Source of the DNA: Jimgerdemannia flammicorona | Lineage: Eukaryota | Direction of reading: 5' to 3' | Assembly (NCBI GenBank): GCA_003990765.1 | Contig: RBNJ01000210.1 | Span: 1-36,649, forward strand | DNA: 36,649 nt | Shown: piece by piece, positions 13,416-24,689 of the stretch | How the letters are laid out: each line of letters begins with the position of its first letter | How positions within the stretch are numbered: position 1 is the first letter of the stretch | Notes under the pieces: model-generated | Told to the model about the DNA's origin: nothing | The model's input: only the letters and a program-made list of their open reading frames with translations | Databases searched by the model: none | Made by a program: the position numbers and the translations under genes

Positions 13416-14425
13416 TATGATGAGCAATAGAATTGCACTGCTAAAATCATAAATTAGCTACATACTATATCTAGAGCACTAAGTAACCAAGACTGCTTTA
13501 CTGTACCAACTTATATAATTAGCCAGAGATACCAGAAACAGTATGTTTACCTATACCCTCTAGGTACACCATACCCTCAAGATACACTGTACCCTCAAGG
13601 TACACTATATTCTCAAGGAATACTTGCCATAGTTAGCAATCTATAGTTAGCAATATAGTAACCAGATAGCAACCACAACTGTATAAAATACTCCAGAGAC
13701 AAGAGTGAATAAGCCTCAGTTCTGAAAGACAAAGCAAAAGACAAGTCTGTCTACTATATTTCAAGAGATATACCTACCAAAAGCCACTTGATCCAGAAAG
13801 GATTGCAATACTTAGGAGAAATATCTGCTCTATAGCTACTGCTAGGAGATTGTGAGCTTTGCCCCTTTCCCACTCCAGTCCACTTTCCAATACAAAGATT
13901 GATTAGTATACTTACCAGACTAAGCCTGAAGAACTCAAGTTTCTACTATCTAAGAGAAAGCCACCTTACTCAAACCAGTTTCTAATACAACTTTGCAGTA
14001 ATTCATCATGCAAATAAAACCAGTCTTTAATGTAACTTTGCCAAGAGACTCTTTCTCAGTTGAAGCTGCCATTTTCGAGTATATTCCCAGAGAACTCTAC
14101 CAATTCAGGAAGAATTCATGATACCTGAGTTATTGAATTATCTACCTTCTATAATATCCAAGTTATCCAAGTTATCCAAGTTATCTGCTGTCAAGTTGTT
14201 TGTCTATTATTCTCAGTTGACCCAAGAAGAAAACCCATTCACAAATTGCTGCTATACCCAGAGAACCCATCTCAATAAGGAAATTGCTTGCAGATATCCA
14301 GTTTGACTATTATATCACTAAACACCAAGAACATTTTGTTGCTTTTAACAAAGTAACTGGGGGGCTTAAGCCAAATATCAACCCCCAACCTTGTAATTTG
14401 CCTCCATTGAGCCAGGCATATTATA
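13416..14425 (+). repeat. 3' LTR of Gypsy copy A (~1010 bp)
   Basis: Starts after the PPT (TATGATG, probably a mutated TG start) and ends ..ggcatattata (cattaca in the 5' remnant). TATAAA at 13682. Shares sequence blocks with the copy B LTRs. Confidence 0.88.
13552..13623. repeat. Four 18-bp tandem units (consensus TGTACCCTCAAGGTACAC) in U3 of copy A
   Basis: tataccctctaggtacac / cataccctcaagatacac / tgtaccctcaaggtacac / tatattctcaaggaatac. Confidence 0.85.
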
Positions 14426-14429
14426 ATAT

Positions 14430-17330
14430 TTATTCAATAATTATACCTAATATGTTTCATTAAGTGAAAAAAGATATCTTAGAACACTTGGTCAATTTAA
14501 CTCTTAATCTTATCAAGAGTTTATTTAATATATATATGGTAAACCTGCTTATACTAGAGCTAGATCTCTATATTCAGCTTGTTTCTTGATATCTTGGCCT
14601 CAAAAAATTCTCTATTAGAATTTCAAATCTTAATTAAATATCTATAGACAAATATTAACAACTGATATATATGAGTATTATATATATTATAGTAAGTTTG
14701 TAAACTATTTGTAAACTCTTTAACTAAAAAAAAAAATTCTTTTATAAGATATTCCTGCTATATATGAGAGTGATTTTCAAATTACTTAGTATTGTCAAAT
14801 GTCCCACAATATTTATTGAGTGGTACTTCTATGTCTCATTACTAGTCCAGACTAAAAAAATACTTCTAGATCAAAATGTACTATTATTTCAATTCAATAA
14901 ACTAAAAGAGCAGTTTGCAAAGATCTCACTAAGTTTACTGAACTTTAAAAAACTCTACTCTCTACAGTATAGTTCTGAGTCAACTTAAACATTTAGTATA
15001 CCAGATAATACTAATATAAAAATAACTGAACATCAATATTATGTAGAAGTTAAGATACTATATTGATAAATGAATAAATATAATCCTCTTTTCTAAGTTA
15101 TCAAGTTTGTAGAGTACCAAATAGTACTTGAGGACAAGCTTTATCATATTATAATCAGTAAGTTTGTGGACACCTCAAGCTCACCAATAACTGAGAAATA
15201 CTCAAACAATATCATCTCCTGTCTTAGTATAATGTTGTCAGATTTCAGAGTAAGAATTGTATAAAAGGTATAGAACTAAGTATCTAAGTACTAGTATTCC
15301 TAAAGATGTACTTTATATCAATGAAGTTTCAAAATTATTTAGGCTATATGATCTTGAACTTATTATTTAGATATTTTTCTATAATCTCCAGTTTATATCT
15401 AGAAATAGATATTATCATTGAGTAAATAGGAAGAATCTTTCCAAACTTTCAAATTTAATAGTAAGTTATTTATACTAAGCCAGCTCATGAACTTTTTTGT
15501 GATATTTCTAATATCTCTCCTTAATCTCTATAGATTAATATCTTTATCACTTTATTAATTAGAGTTTATAATCTATTTACAGATATAAAATTAGATTCAG
15601 CTATATTTTATCAACTTATCTACTACAAGTGACAGTTCTACAAGAGTCTATGATATAACTGGATAGTGTTGTATTATTTTACAGATAAGTAGTTTGAGAT
15701 AAAATAAGATATAGATAATATCTTTTTGTCTAAGTTTGCCTTCTCTTCAAAATTTAGCAAAATCATCAAGTCTATTAACTTAAATACTTGAAGTGATACA
15801 ATATAGTAGATATTGAGAATTCTAGTACTAAAAATATAATCTTTTATAATTATGAGATAGAAATAGCTATCATTATATAGACTGAGTAGTTTAATATTAT
15901 ATTTGTAGATAAAATTATTCATGTAACTCTTGTTTAAGAAATATGATTCAGTAAGAAAGAACTTAGTGAGTAGATTGAATATATAATCTTTTAATTTATA
16001 TTTAGTAAATAAGTATACAGATCACATATCATAAAAGAAACTTTTTTAAATATATATTTTATTTATAAACACATAGTTAGACTAAATAACTAAGTATATA
16101 GATTGAAAATTTATATAATCAAACAAACTTGGCATACTTATAATTGTGATCAGTTTTTATTTGAGAAGTGTACAGTAACATTAGGAGTATGCATTCAATA
16201 GTAAATTAAATGTAATATAAGAGTTTATGCATTATTATTGAAACTAAATCTTTATTGACATAAGTTGAGATTTATATAGTTTTATATATAGTATTTATAG
16301 TATTTATTATTTATAGTATTCATAGTATAGTAGTATTTATAGTATAGTTTATAAATTCATTATAGATATATTTCATATAGTAAATATATCTCATCTTTTC
16401 ATATTTAAGTTAAATCTCATTTACTTACTCTTTATAGATAATAGATCTGGTTTAGCATTAGGTGAAAAGTTATATTATAAATCCAACATACTTCTTTGAC
16501 TATATTGTTTCTCTTTTGGTCTTCTTCTCTTCCAGTAAGATAAGATAGTACTTTTTTTGATCAGATGGATGATTATTATATTGTAATTTTTTACTGAATA
16601 GATGATTTTCCACAATAGTATCCTTAGAGATAGTATTGATAACACATTTATATAATTCAGAGTATGTTCTGGTTGAGTTCATTGACTTTGAGTTTTGTCC
16701 AGAAACTGCATCTTGAGCTCATCTAAGGACAGTACCAATTTGTTGAAGTATTTTATTGACTTTATTAGTCTATTTAGCTTTCTTTAGAAGTTATTATCAC
16801 TTTTAGTACTTGGCATTTTTTTGGTGCTAATAGTGGCTTTTTATTTCATCAAGATTCATTCTCTATCATTAGAGGACTCTTTATCACTAACTAGAGGTAG
16901 TGATGGTATTGTTTCTGTTTTGCTTATACAAAATAATTCTTCATTAGCTATAATTTATATTTCTTTCTATCTTATCTATACAGTAATAAATATCTAAATT
17001 TTATTGATAGTATTAAGAACATCATTTGAGAAATTGAAACAGTTGAGTCATAGATACATCCTCTATTTGTTTATCATTTTTCTTATTTAGATATAGTCAT
17101 ACTTATTAGTTCTAAACTAAGCCTCAAATTTCTGTATATTTCATAAACTAAATTGCTAAAAATACAGATAGAAAATTATAATATATAAACCATAATTTTA
17201 TAATATAAACTTGAATAACTATGGATATAAACTAGTAGATGCCAACAGATTTATTTTCTTGAGAATATAGTCATATGAACTAAATAGTAAGTATACAGAT
17301 AAAAATATATAGTATAATGATTAATCTAAA
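14430..17330. other. Very AT-rich, CpG-free decayed tract, possibly a relic of minus-strand coding sequence; (TATTTATAG)-like low complexity at ~16270-16380
   Basis: Base composition, plus some minus-strand stretches that translate into protein-like text if TGA is read as ancestral CGA. Confidence 0.4.
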
Positions 17331-17334
17331 TTAG

Positions 17335-19273
17335 GAAAATGAATCAGGGGAATTAGGTATCTGGATTCAGTAGCAAGAACTAAAAAAAGAGAAATAGCTG
17401 ATAAAGTTTTTATCAAGGCTTCTCCAAATAAAACAGATGAGATAGTAGTAGGATAGAGTATTGGATGAGAATGGAGAGCTAGTGGTAGAGACTCAGGATA
17501 TCTTAGATCAGTTGAGGAGTTACTGGGGGCTATTGTGGAGTAAGGAGGATATATGTAGACCATTGAGTGTATCTGGAGAACTAGCATCCAGATCTGGTAG
17601 AGAGTCTGAGTGAGCTTAGAGTACCAGTCCAAGAAGAGGAGATTTTTCAGGTCTTGGTTATAACTAGTCTCAGGATGGCCCCTGGAGATGATCTGCTCTG
17701 GAATTCTGGAAGAGAATAGCAGAAGAAGGAATAGTTCTAGAGGAGATATTATAGATATATAATAAAGTTATTAGCTTTGGAGCTTAGATTACAGAACTGT
17801 ATCTGAGACTGATGGCTTTATTATATAAGAATAAGGAGAGAAGAGAGGAGTGGAAGAACAGGAGATCAATCATACTTCTGGATATAGATTATAAGCTAGT
17901 TACAAAGATCTTGGTGACCAGATTGCAGGAGATGGGTCAGTGGATACTGGGGGAGAAATAAAGGAAATTTTTTGGGGTTGATTGATCAGAGATAGGACAG
18001 CATGGGTCTATAGTATCATTGAGGGGATAAGAGCTACTAGGGTAGATAGTTGTCTAGTATTTCTGGACCAGGAGAAGGCATATAATAAGATATAGTAAGT
18101 ATGGTTAGACAGAATACTAAAGTACATTGGGTTCTCTCTGGGCTTTCAACAGTTCTTGGTTTGTCTGCTGGAGAGGAGTTGAGTGGTTATATATTCTAAT
18201 TAATAGCCACAGAGGGGTTTCATTCTCCTTGGAGAGAGAGGTGCTATAGAGTAATCCACTATTACCTATTCTTTATACCCTCTCTTTGAAGCTATTTTTG
18301 GATAGAATTCAGTATAAGAAGAGGGGATTGGACATTTTTGATATAAATTGGAAGACAGAAGTCTTTGTGAATAATACAGTAGTCAGATTGGGCTCTGTAG
18401 AGAATATGGTAGAGCTAAAAGAGATAGTGAAATAGTATAAAGAGTACTCTGTGGCTAAGCTTAACTGATATAAATATGTGACTATAGTACTAAGAGGAGG
18501 AATAGTGAGAGGAGATCTGATAGAAATAGTTGTCTAAGCAGGAGAGGCAGTTCACTATTTGGAAATCTACTTCTTAGTATATAGCTCTCTGTTGTTTAGA
18601 GAGTAGTGAGAGTAGTAGCTGATAGAGTAGGAGAATGCACTCCTGGGCTGAGATGGTCAGCATATCTCTCTGACAGAGAAGGTAGTGATGTTGAATGTAT
18701 ATTGGTTATCTAAGCTATAGTATCTGAGTTATTATCTGGATTTTTCAGTATAGATAGTAAAGAGACTTCTGAAGATAGCTAGATCTTAGATTTGAGCTAG
18801 ATAATGAAGTCAGATTGGATGTAAAGTATTGATGTTACCAGTGGACCAGAGGGGCCTTAGTATTGTGGACTTTATTAAGTACTTCTACTTAAGAGTATAG
18901 TGGCTGAAGAGAGCTAGTGAGCTGAGGGATTGTAGTTGAGTCTCTCTTATACAGAGGGTGTGGGAGACATAGGTCTCCTTCAGGAGAGTAACTGGTAACT
19001 TGCTCTCTCTGGTGGTACTTGAAGAGAGCCATGGATATATTAAAGAAGCTTTTGATAGGGGTAGTTGATAGAGCCCATCATATTGGTATCTGCTGATAGG
19101 GTGATGAGAGTGAAGTAGACTAAACTCCAGATGTGGAGGTGGGACTATCTTCTGGTAGAGAGTGCTCTGGTGGATGATTTCAGCCTTGAATAGTATAGAG
19201 TATCTATAAGAACAAAGGAGAGTTCTATGGCCAAAGGTGGGAATTAGTAGAGAGTGAGACTGGGCTAATATAT
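17335..19273 (+). mobile_element. Old 5'-truncated LINE relic (ORF2 RT region), left part
   Basis: Colinear with ~33910-35732, e.g. tttctggaccaggagaaggc (FLDQEKA) at ~18060, gctaagcttaactgatataaatatg, gaatgtatattggttatctaagcta. Much more diverged than LINE copies 1 and 2. Confidence 0.88.
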
Positions 19274-19433
19274 TATAACAGACCCAAAACATACTATTTG
19301 AATTATAACTTAGCCAGATGATGCGAACAATTAGTATACTTACTCAGCATGATGTGACTTCTAGTGTATCATAGTTACTCATATCTGCTACACTTATAAT
19401 TAGCCAAGATACCAGATCAGGATTGTTTACCTG

Positions 19434-19525
19434 TGTCCTGAAGACACACTCATGTCCTGCGGACACACTCATGTCCTGTGGACACACTCATGTCCTGTAG
19501 ATATACTCATGTCCTGTGGACACAC
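19434..19525. repeat. 19-bp tandem repeat (TGTCCTGCGGACACACTCA), ~5 units, in U3
   Basis: Five tgtcctg starts at a 19-bp period, against four in the 3' LTR (28685-28757). Confidence 0.92.
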
Positions 19526-19609
19526 CTGTACTCAGAGGATACACCCAAACATTACCGAAAATAGCAAATCTATAGTTAGCCACATAGTAACCAGATAGCA
19601 ACCAACTTG

Positions 19610-19615
19610 TATAAA
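19610..19615 (+). promoter_or_regulatory. Putative LTR TATA box
   Basis: TATAAA at the homologous position in all three full LTRs (13682, 19610, 28842), downstream of the palindromic arrays. AATAAA follows at 19636. Confidence 0.55.
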
Positions 19616-20922
19616 TTACTCCAGAGACGAGAGTGAATAAAACCTCAGTCCGAAATTGAAGCAAAAGACATGTCTGCCTACCACACTTCGAGAGGAACTC
19701 TACAGCTACTGCTAGGAGATTGTGAGCTTATTTCCCCACTCTGGTCCACTTTCCAATACAAAGAATAAGTCTGAATTGAAGTGCAAACCAAAGAAGCCTC
19801 TAAAGATTGAGCATTGGTCCCCTTATTCCACTCCAGTCCACTTTCCAATACAAAGCTGAAGATTTGCTGCCAAGTTCAAGGAAGAACTTCACCACCTTTG
19901 AGAATTCTTGTTATTGGTTCGCTTGCCAGATAAGCCTGAAGATTTTCGCCTTTTCTGCTTTTTACACCACTTAAGAGAAAGCTGCCTTGCTCAAGTCAGT
20001 TTCTGATGTAACTTCACAGTGGAGCCAGTCTATGATGCAACCCCATGCAAATGAAGCCAGTCTTTGACATAACTTTGCTAAGAGACCCTTTCCAAGCCAC
20101 CCTCCCATTTCCCAGTTAGAAATCACCAATTCAGGAAGAATCCACATCACCTGCTGTTTTTGAGTTATCCACTATATTCCCAGTTGAAACCGATTCAGGA
20201 AGAGTCCGCACCATCCGAGTTAATTCCCAGTTAAGCTGCCATTTTCAAGAAGTCCGCCGATTCAGGAAGAATCTGCGTCATCTGCCATTCCCAAGTTATC
20301 TGCATTCCCAGTGAGCCCGAGAAGAATCTGCCACCAGCATTATTCCCAGTTACTCGAATTATCCGTGCCATCCGAGCTATTATTCCCAGAAGAAGAATCT
20401 ATGCCATATATTCCCAGTGAGCCAAATTGAGTTATCCGCTGGATTATTAGAATATCCTGCATAAGGAACCCACCACGCTACACAGAGATTGTCGTGCTAC
20501 ACAAGATCATCATACAGAAACCACATAAGGAGAACTGCTAAATTGCCAGATCATCACACAGAAATCACATAAGGAGAACTGCTAAATTGCCAGACCATCA
20601 CCCACAAGGAGATCATTGCGCTACACAGAAATCACCCATTACTCAAGAAGGAAACTGCTCATGCTACACACAAATTCTGCCATTCCCAGTTGACCCAGGA
20701 AGGAAACCCATTCACACAAATCACTGCTATATCCAGAGAACCGTCCCAATAAGGAAATCACTCGCAGATATCCAGCTTTGACTATTATACTGCTAAACAC
20801 CAAGGACCTCAGGAATCTTGGAACATTTTGTTGCTTTTTGACAAAGTAACTGGGGGCTCAAGCCAAACTACATCAACTCCCAAACCTTGTAATTTGCCTC
20901 CATTGAGCCGGCACATAACATT

Positions 20923-20940
20923 TGGGGCTCAACTGAGAAG
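20923..20940 (+). promoter_or_regulatory. Primer-binding site, probably tRNA-Pro (copy B)
   Basis: TGGGGCTCAACTGAGA begins 2 nt after the LTR end. Confidence 0.7.
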
Positions 20941-21147
20941 ATTTCAAAATCGACATGACTTTTCAGCTCATAAGAACCCACAGTCAAACTGGATATATTT
21001 GATACAACACCAACCTCTGCCACTATAGAAGAACCAGTCATCACTAGCATTTGGACAGAAAGAGAAGTAATTATCTCAAGACTTGCCAACTACCCAGCAT
21101 CAGAAGGATCCCAACCAGAAGCAGGAGGCAGTACAGCCCGAAATCCC

Positions 21148-21192
21148 CAACCAGATCAACCAGATCAACCAGATCAACCAGATCAACCAGAC
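21148..21192 (+). repeat. 9-bp tandem repeat (CAACCAGAT)x5, in frame with gag (QPD repeats)
   Basis: Read directly from the sequence; copy A has about 2 units at ~6104-6121. Confidence 0.9.
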
Positions 21193-21504
21193 AATGCAGG
21201 CAGCCCTACCAGAAATTTTGGAGAACTTGCACAAGAACTAGAAGACTTTATTACCCAGACCCAACACTTTACAGCCAGCCACCCCACACTAGTCCCACCA
21301 ATCTCACCAATAGAACCCCTACCACAACCTCTTGCAGAACCAGAAGTAGCTCCTACAAGGATACCTAGGCCTATTCTACCCCACCCAAGGACCAAAACAT
21401 CATCCTCAAGATACCCAAGCACCCCTGTCTCTAGTGACAGTTCAGAAAGTAAATCAGAATTAGAATCTGAACCTGAACGAGAATCAGAAGAAAGTGATGA
21501 CAAA

Positions 21505-22560
21505 ATGGCCACCTCATTGCCAACCTTTGTAGGATATCCGGAGGAGGACCCCAGAGAATTCCTTGATGGAATTGAAGGAATTGCAGCCTTGAGAAACCTC
21601 TCAGATGAAAGTAAAATCACCATCTACAAAGCCCAGCTTAGAGAACCAGCCAGAGGAATTTTTCACCAAACAGCAAACAACCCAGATTCAGAACTGGCAA
21701 GACAGATACAAGCAGCATTCTCTAATGAGTTAGAGTATGAGGCCATGGTCCATTGGCTCATTGAAAAGTATGCAGGAAATGAACCCTGCCATAAGGCTCA
21801 GGAATCCATTATGGGAATGAAGATGAATCTTGGAGAATCACCAAGAGCCTTCTTCACAAGAATTCAGAAGAGAATGCATTCTGCTGGATTCAATGCCACC
21901 AACCAAGACATCATAGGTCCAATGACCTTCATGAATGGAATTCCTCCAAATATTGCCCAGCATGTCCACACCCTAGGTATCAGAAGGTCTGAAGAGCAAG
22001 TAGATGTAGCCCAAGGATTCTTTGATGTCAGGCAAGGAACTACCTGGAGTGATCATGATAAGAAGGAAGAAAAGGAAGATATCCTGGTCAAAGCCCTGCA
22101 AGGACTCCTTCAAGGACAAGAAAGATCTGAAGAAAGAAGGCCAGCCAAGGAAGGAAAGAAGGACAGAAGTGAAATTCAAGACCTCAGCTCCAAGTTAGAC
22201 TGATTGGTTGGACAGATTGAAAAACTCACCATACATGAAAATCAGAGCTACCAAGACAACAGAGGATACCCACCACAGAGGAGCCAAGGTTATCTACCAA
22301 GAGATAACAGGAATTACCAGTAAGAAGAAAGAAGGTACCCTGTCTGAGACAGAGCCCAAGTCCAATGCTTCCACTGTAGATAATTCAGACACTATGCCAC
22401 TGAATGTGACAACAAAAGAAGTGACCGAAGGGACTCAGAACCACCAAACTGAAGGAATGACACCCAGTACAAGAAGACTGAAGTCCATCCTGTTGAAGAT
22501 TTCGAGGAAGCAAGCAACAGTGAAGACTACAGTGATCTAGACTTGTACCCTACCAAGGTT
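21505..22560 (+). pseudogene. gag: Copy B Gag: retrotransposon capsid and CX2CX4HX4C nucleocapsid knuckle
   Basis: LPTFVGYPEEDPREFL..GESPRAFFTRI..FMNGIP. In-frame CFHCR*FRHYATEC at 22366-22407. Confidence 0.9.
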
Positions 22561-23009
22561 ACCACCTGAAAGACAGTCTACCCAGCAGAAAAAAGAAAGT
22601 GACCTGTGGGAAGACCATCCAGGAACATCAGCAGAAGAATTATTCAAGAAGAAGATGAAGAACATGAGGAGGAACAAGTCGAAACACCTCCCCGAACCCC
22701 CTCACCTTTTGTGCCTGAGACAAATGAACTGCCACCAGAAGATGAAGAAATGGAACAAGAAGAACGGGAACCTGCTGCTTCAAAGCCTAAGAAGAAGTAC
22801 ACTCCAAAGACCATGCCTAGAGATATTTATAATGAAGCCTGGCAGAAGATTCAAGAAGCCAAGATGGAAGTCCCTCTCCTGCAGTTCTTGCAACTGATAC
22901 CAGCTGGAGTCCGAAACAAATTGCTGAGAACCACCAGGTCTAACACTGGCCAAGTTCCAATCCCACAGCAAGAACCAGCCTCCATCCCTGTCCAAGCAGC
23001 TGAAAGACA

Positions 23010-23390
23010 TGTCAGCACCTACTTACATGGAGACATTGGAGGACAAAAAGCAAAAATCCTTATAGATACAGGAGCAGCTGTCTGTGTCATTGCCAAACGA
23101 TTCTTGGACACCCTCCAATAGCCCATTGATGGACCATCCAACCTCAGCATCATAGTAGCAGATGGAGCCCGAACTCAACCCCTTGGAGAAGTATGAAATT
23201 CACTATTTCCCTTGGACATATTCAGTTCTCCATCCCTAAAGCTGTTGTCACTGAAGCTGTCACTTATGACATGATTCTTAGCACCAACTGGATGAAGGAA
23301 ATGAATGCAGTTGTTGATATTGGCCAACAAGTACTCAAGTTTGACTACCGAGGCAAGAAGTATAGGGTTAAGGTGACCAGCTATGAGCAA
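23010..23390 (+). pseudogene. Copy B aspartic protease
   Basis: KILIDTGAAVCVI (DTG at 23065-23073), IVADG, YDMILSTNW. One stop and a copy-specific 1-bp deletion near 23200. Confidence 0.92.
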
Positions 23391-24689
23391 TTAAAGAAAA
23401 AAAAGAAGGTCACTATTCAAGAAGAATATGCCAGCAGTGAGGAGTCTACTACAGAAGAGGAAGAAGAATCTGAAGATGGAAATGATACCAGACTCAATCC
23501 ACGAATTAATCTGGTGGATGACAGACCAGAAGACAATGTGTGGGCCAAGAACACTATCCCTATCACCATTGGAGCCATTGCAGGAGAAGCCAAAGGATAC
23601 CCTACATGCCTCAAGAGACACAAGTGTCCCGAGCACTCCTCCAAGATCATGGGAAAAAGGAAATTGCCTGGTGCAGTCTGCCCAGAATGCAGAAGAAAGA
23701 AGAAGAAATGCAGATATGTTCCAGAAACACCTGTGACCAAAGCTGCAGAAGTACAAGTAATTTGGGGTCAAGAATCATCTGAGGAAGAAAAAACTTCTGA
23801 CCAAGAAGTTTCTGAACAAGAAGTACCTGATGAAGAAGAAGTCCCCGAACTCATCCCCTGGGATGACCCTCGCTGGACACCACCTGAAGACAATGATCCC
23901 TGGAATACAGAGGAAGGACCCAGTACCATCACCACTATCTCCAAGAAAGAAACCCACCAAGAGAAAGCTTTCCGGCTAGGAAGATGTCCACATCAAATGG
24001 TCTTCCACTCTCCCCGAGACTACTGCTATCAGTGTTATCTGTTGGACCAACAAGAAAGACAGAGACCCCAGAGACCAGAACCCCCAACTACTCTTGCACA
24101 GTCCACCACCTTTCATGAGGTCACCACAAGGTTATAAAGTCGATTTAGGGGACAAGGCTTCTTCACCCGAACAGAAGTATACCCCTTGTCTACCCTTCCC
24201 CCAACCTATGATCCAGATGGGTACCGATTCCCAAGACAATAAGAGATAAATAGCCAGGAACATCATTTCCAAGCAATGGGATATTGTAACCATAGGAGAC
24301 ACCCTGATTTCTGAGATTGCAGACATCAGAAGATCCACCTCAGTCATGATGTTGCAGTGCACACCTTGAAGAAGAGAGATAACCGAAGCCAGATTCGAAA
24401 AAGTCAGATTCGAAAAAGCCAGACCAAGAAGCCTGGAAAAAGAATTCTCAAGATCTATGATTTGGGAGAAGACATCCTAGCCCTCATCAGACATGTAACC
24501 CATCAAGGATGGGTAGAAGATGCCACCAACTTCATGGAAGCCCTTGACCCTACAGGAAGGAGGGGAATCAATTATCTCCGAGACCCCTCTACTGGAGCCA
24601 GATGGCCACACCTCAACCTTAGAGCTTGGAGGCTTTCCGCTAGTAGAGCTTTAGCCTTAGGAAAGCCTGAACTCAGCAAGGACATTGCC

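Larger units (their letters stand above)
5782..14425 (+). mobile_element. Ty3/Gypsy LTR retrotransposon copy A (dUTPase-carrying), heavily mutated, 5' LTR interrupted by the LINE
   Basis: Domain order gag-PR-dUT-RT-RH-IN. 5782-5881 matches the end of the 3' LTR (~14328-14425). Colinear with copy B across the internal region. Confidence 0.95.
19274..20920 (+). repeat. 5' LTR of copy B (1647 bp)
   Basis: Direct repeat of 28525-30152. Starts TATAACA (G>A from TGTAACA) and ends ..cataaca. Confidence 0.96.

Noticed and set aside
14764..15922. Short ORFs in the AT-rich tract as genes
   Set aside because: Their Ile/Leu/Tyr/Lys-biased composition is expected from AT-rich decayed DNA, and no domain is recognisable.
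19434..19525. CRISPR-like palindromic repeats
   Set aside because: Units are head-to-tail with no unique spacers, lie inside LTRs, and there are no cas genes; the context is eukaryotic.
20587..20781. ORFs inside the LTRs (also 14118-14306, 29463-29657)
   Set aside because: They run through tandem repeats and are not maintained between LTR copies.
22567..22569. TGA shared by both copies (7496 in copy A) as a genuine gag stop or readthrough site
   Set aside because: Other shared TGAs occur inside domains (e.g. in the protease at ~23194/8123), as expected from parallel CGA decay. Not fully excluded without a multi-copy consensus.
23190..23205. Frame change inside the protease of copy B as programmed frameshifting
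   Set aside because: Copy A is in frame here (aac atc act), so it is a copy-specific 1-bp deletion. The same applies to ~27610 in IN and the C-run at ~32130 in LINE ORF1.
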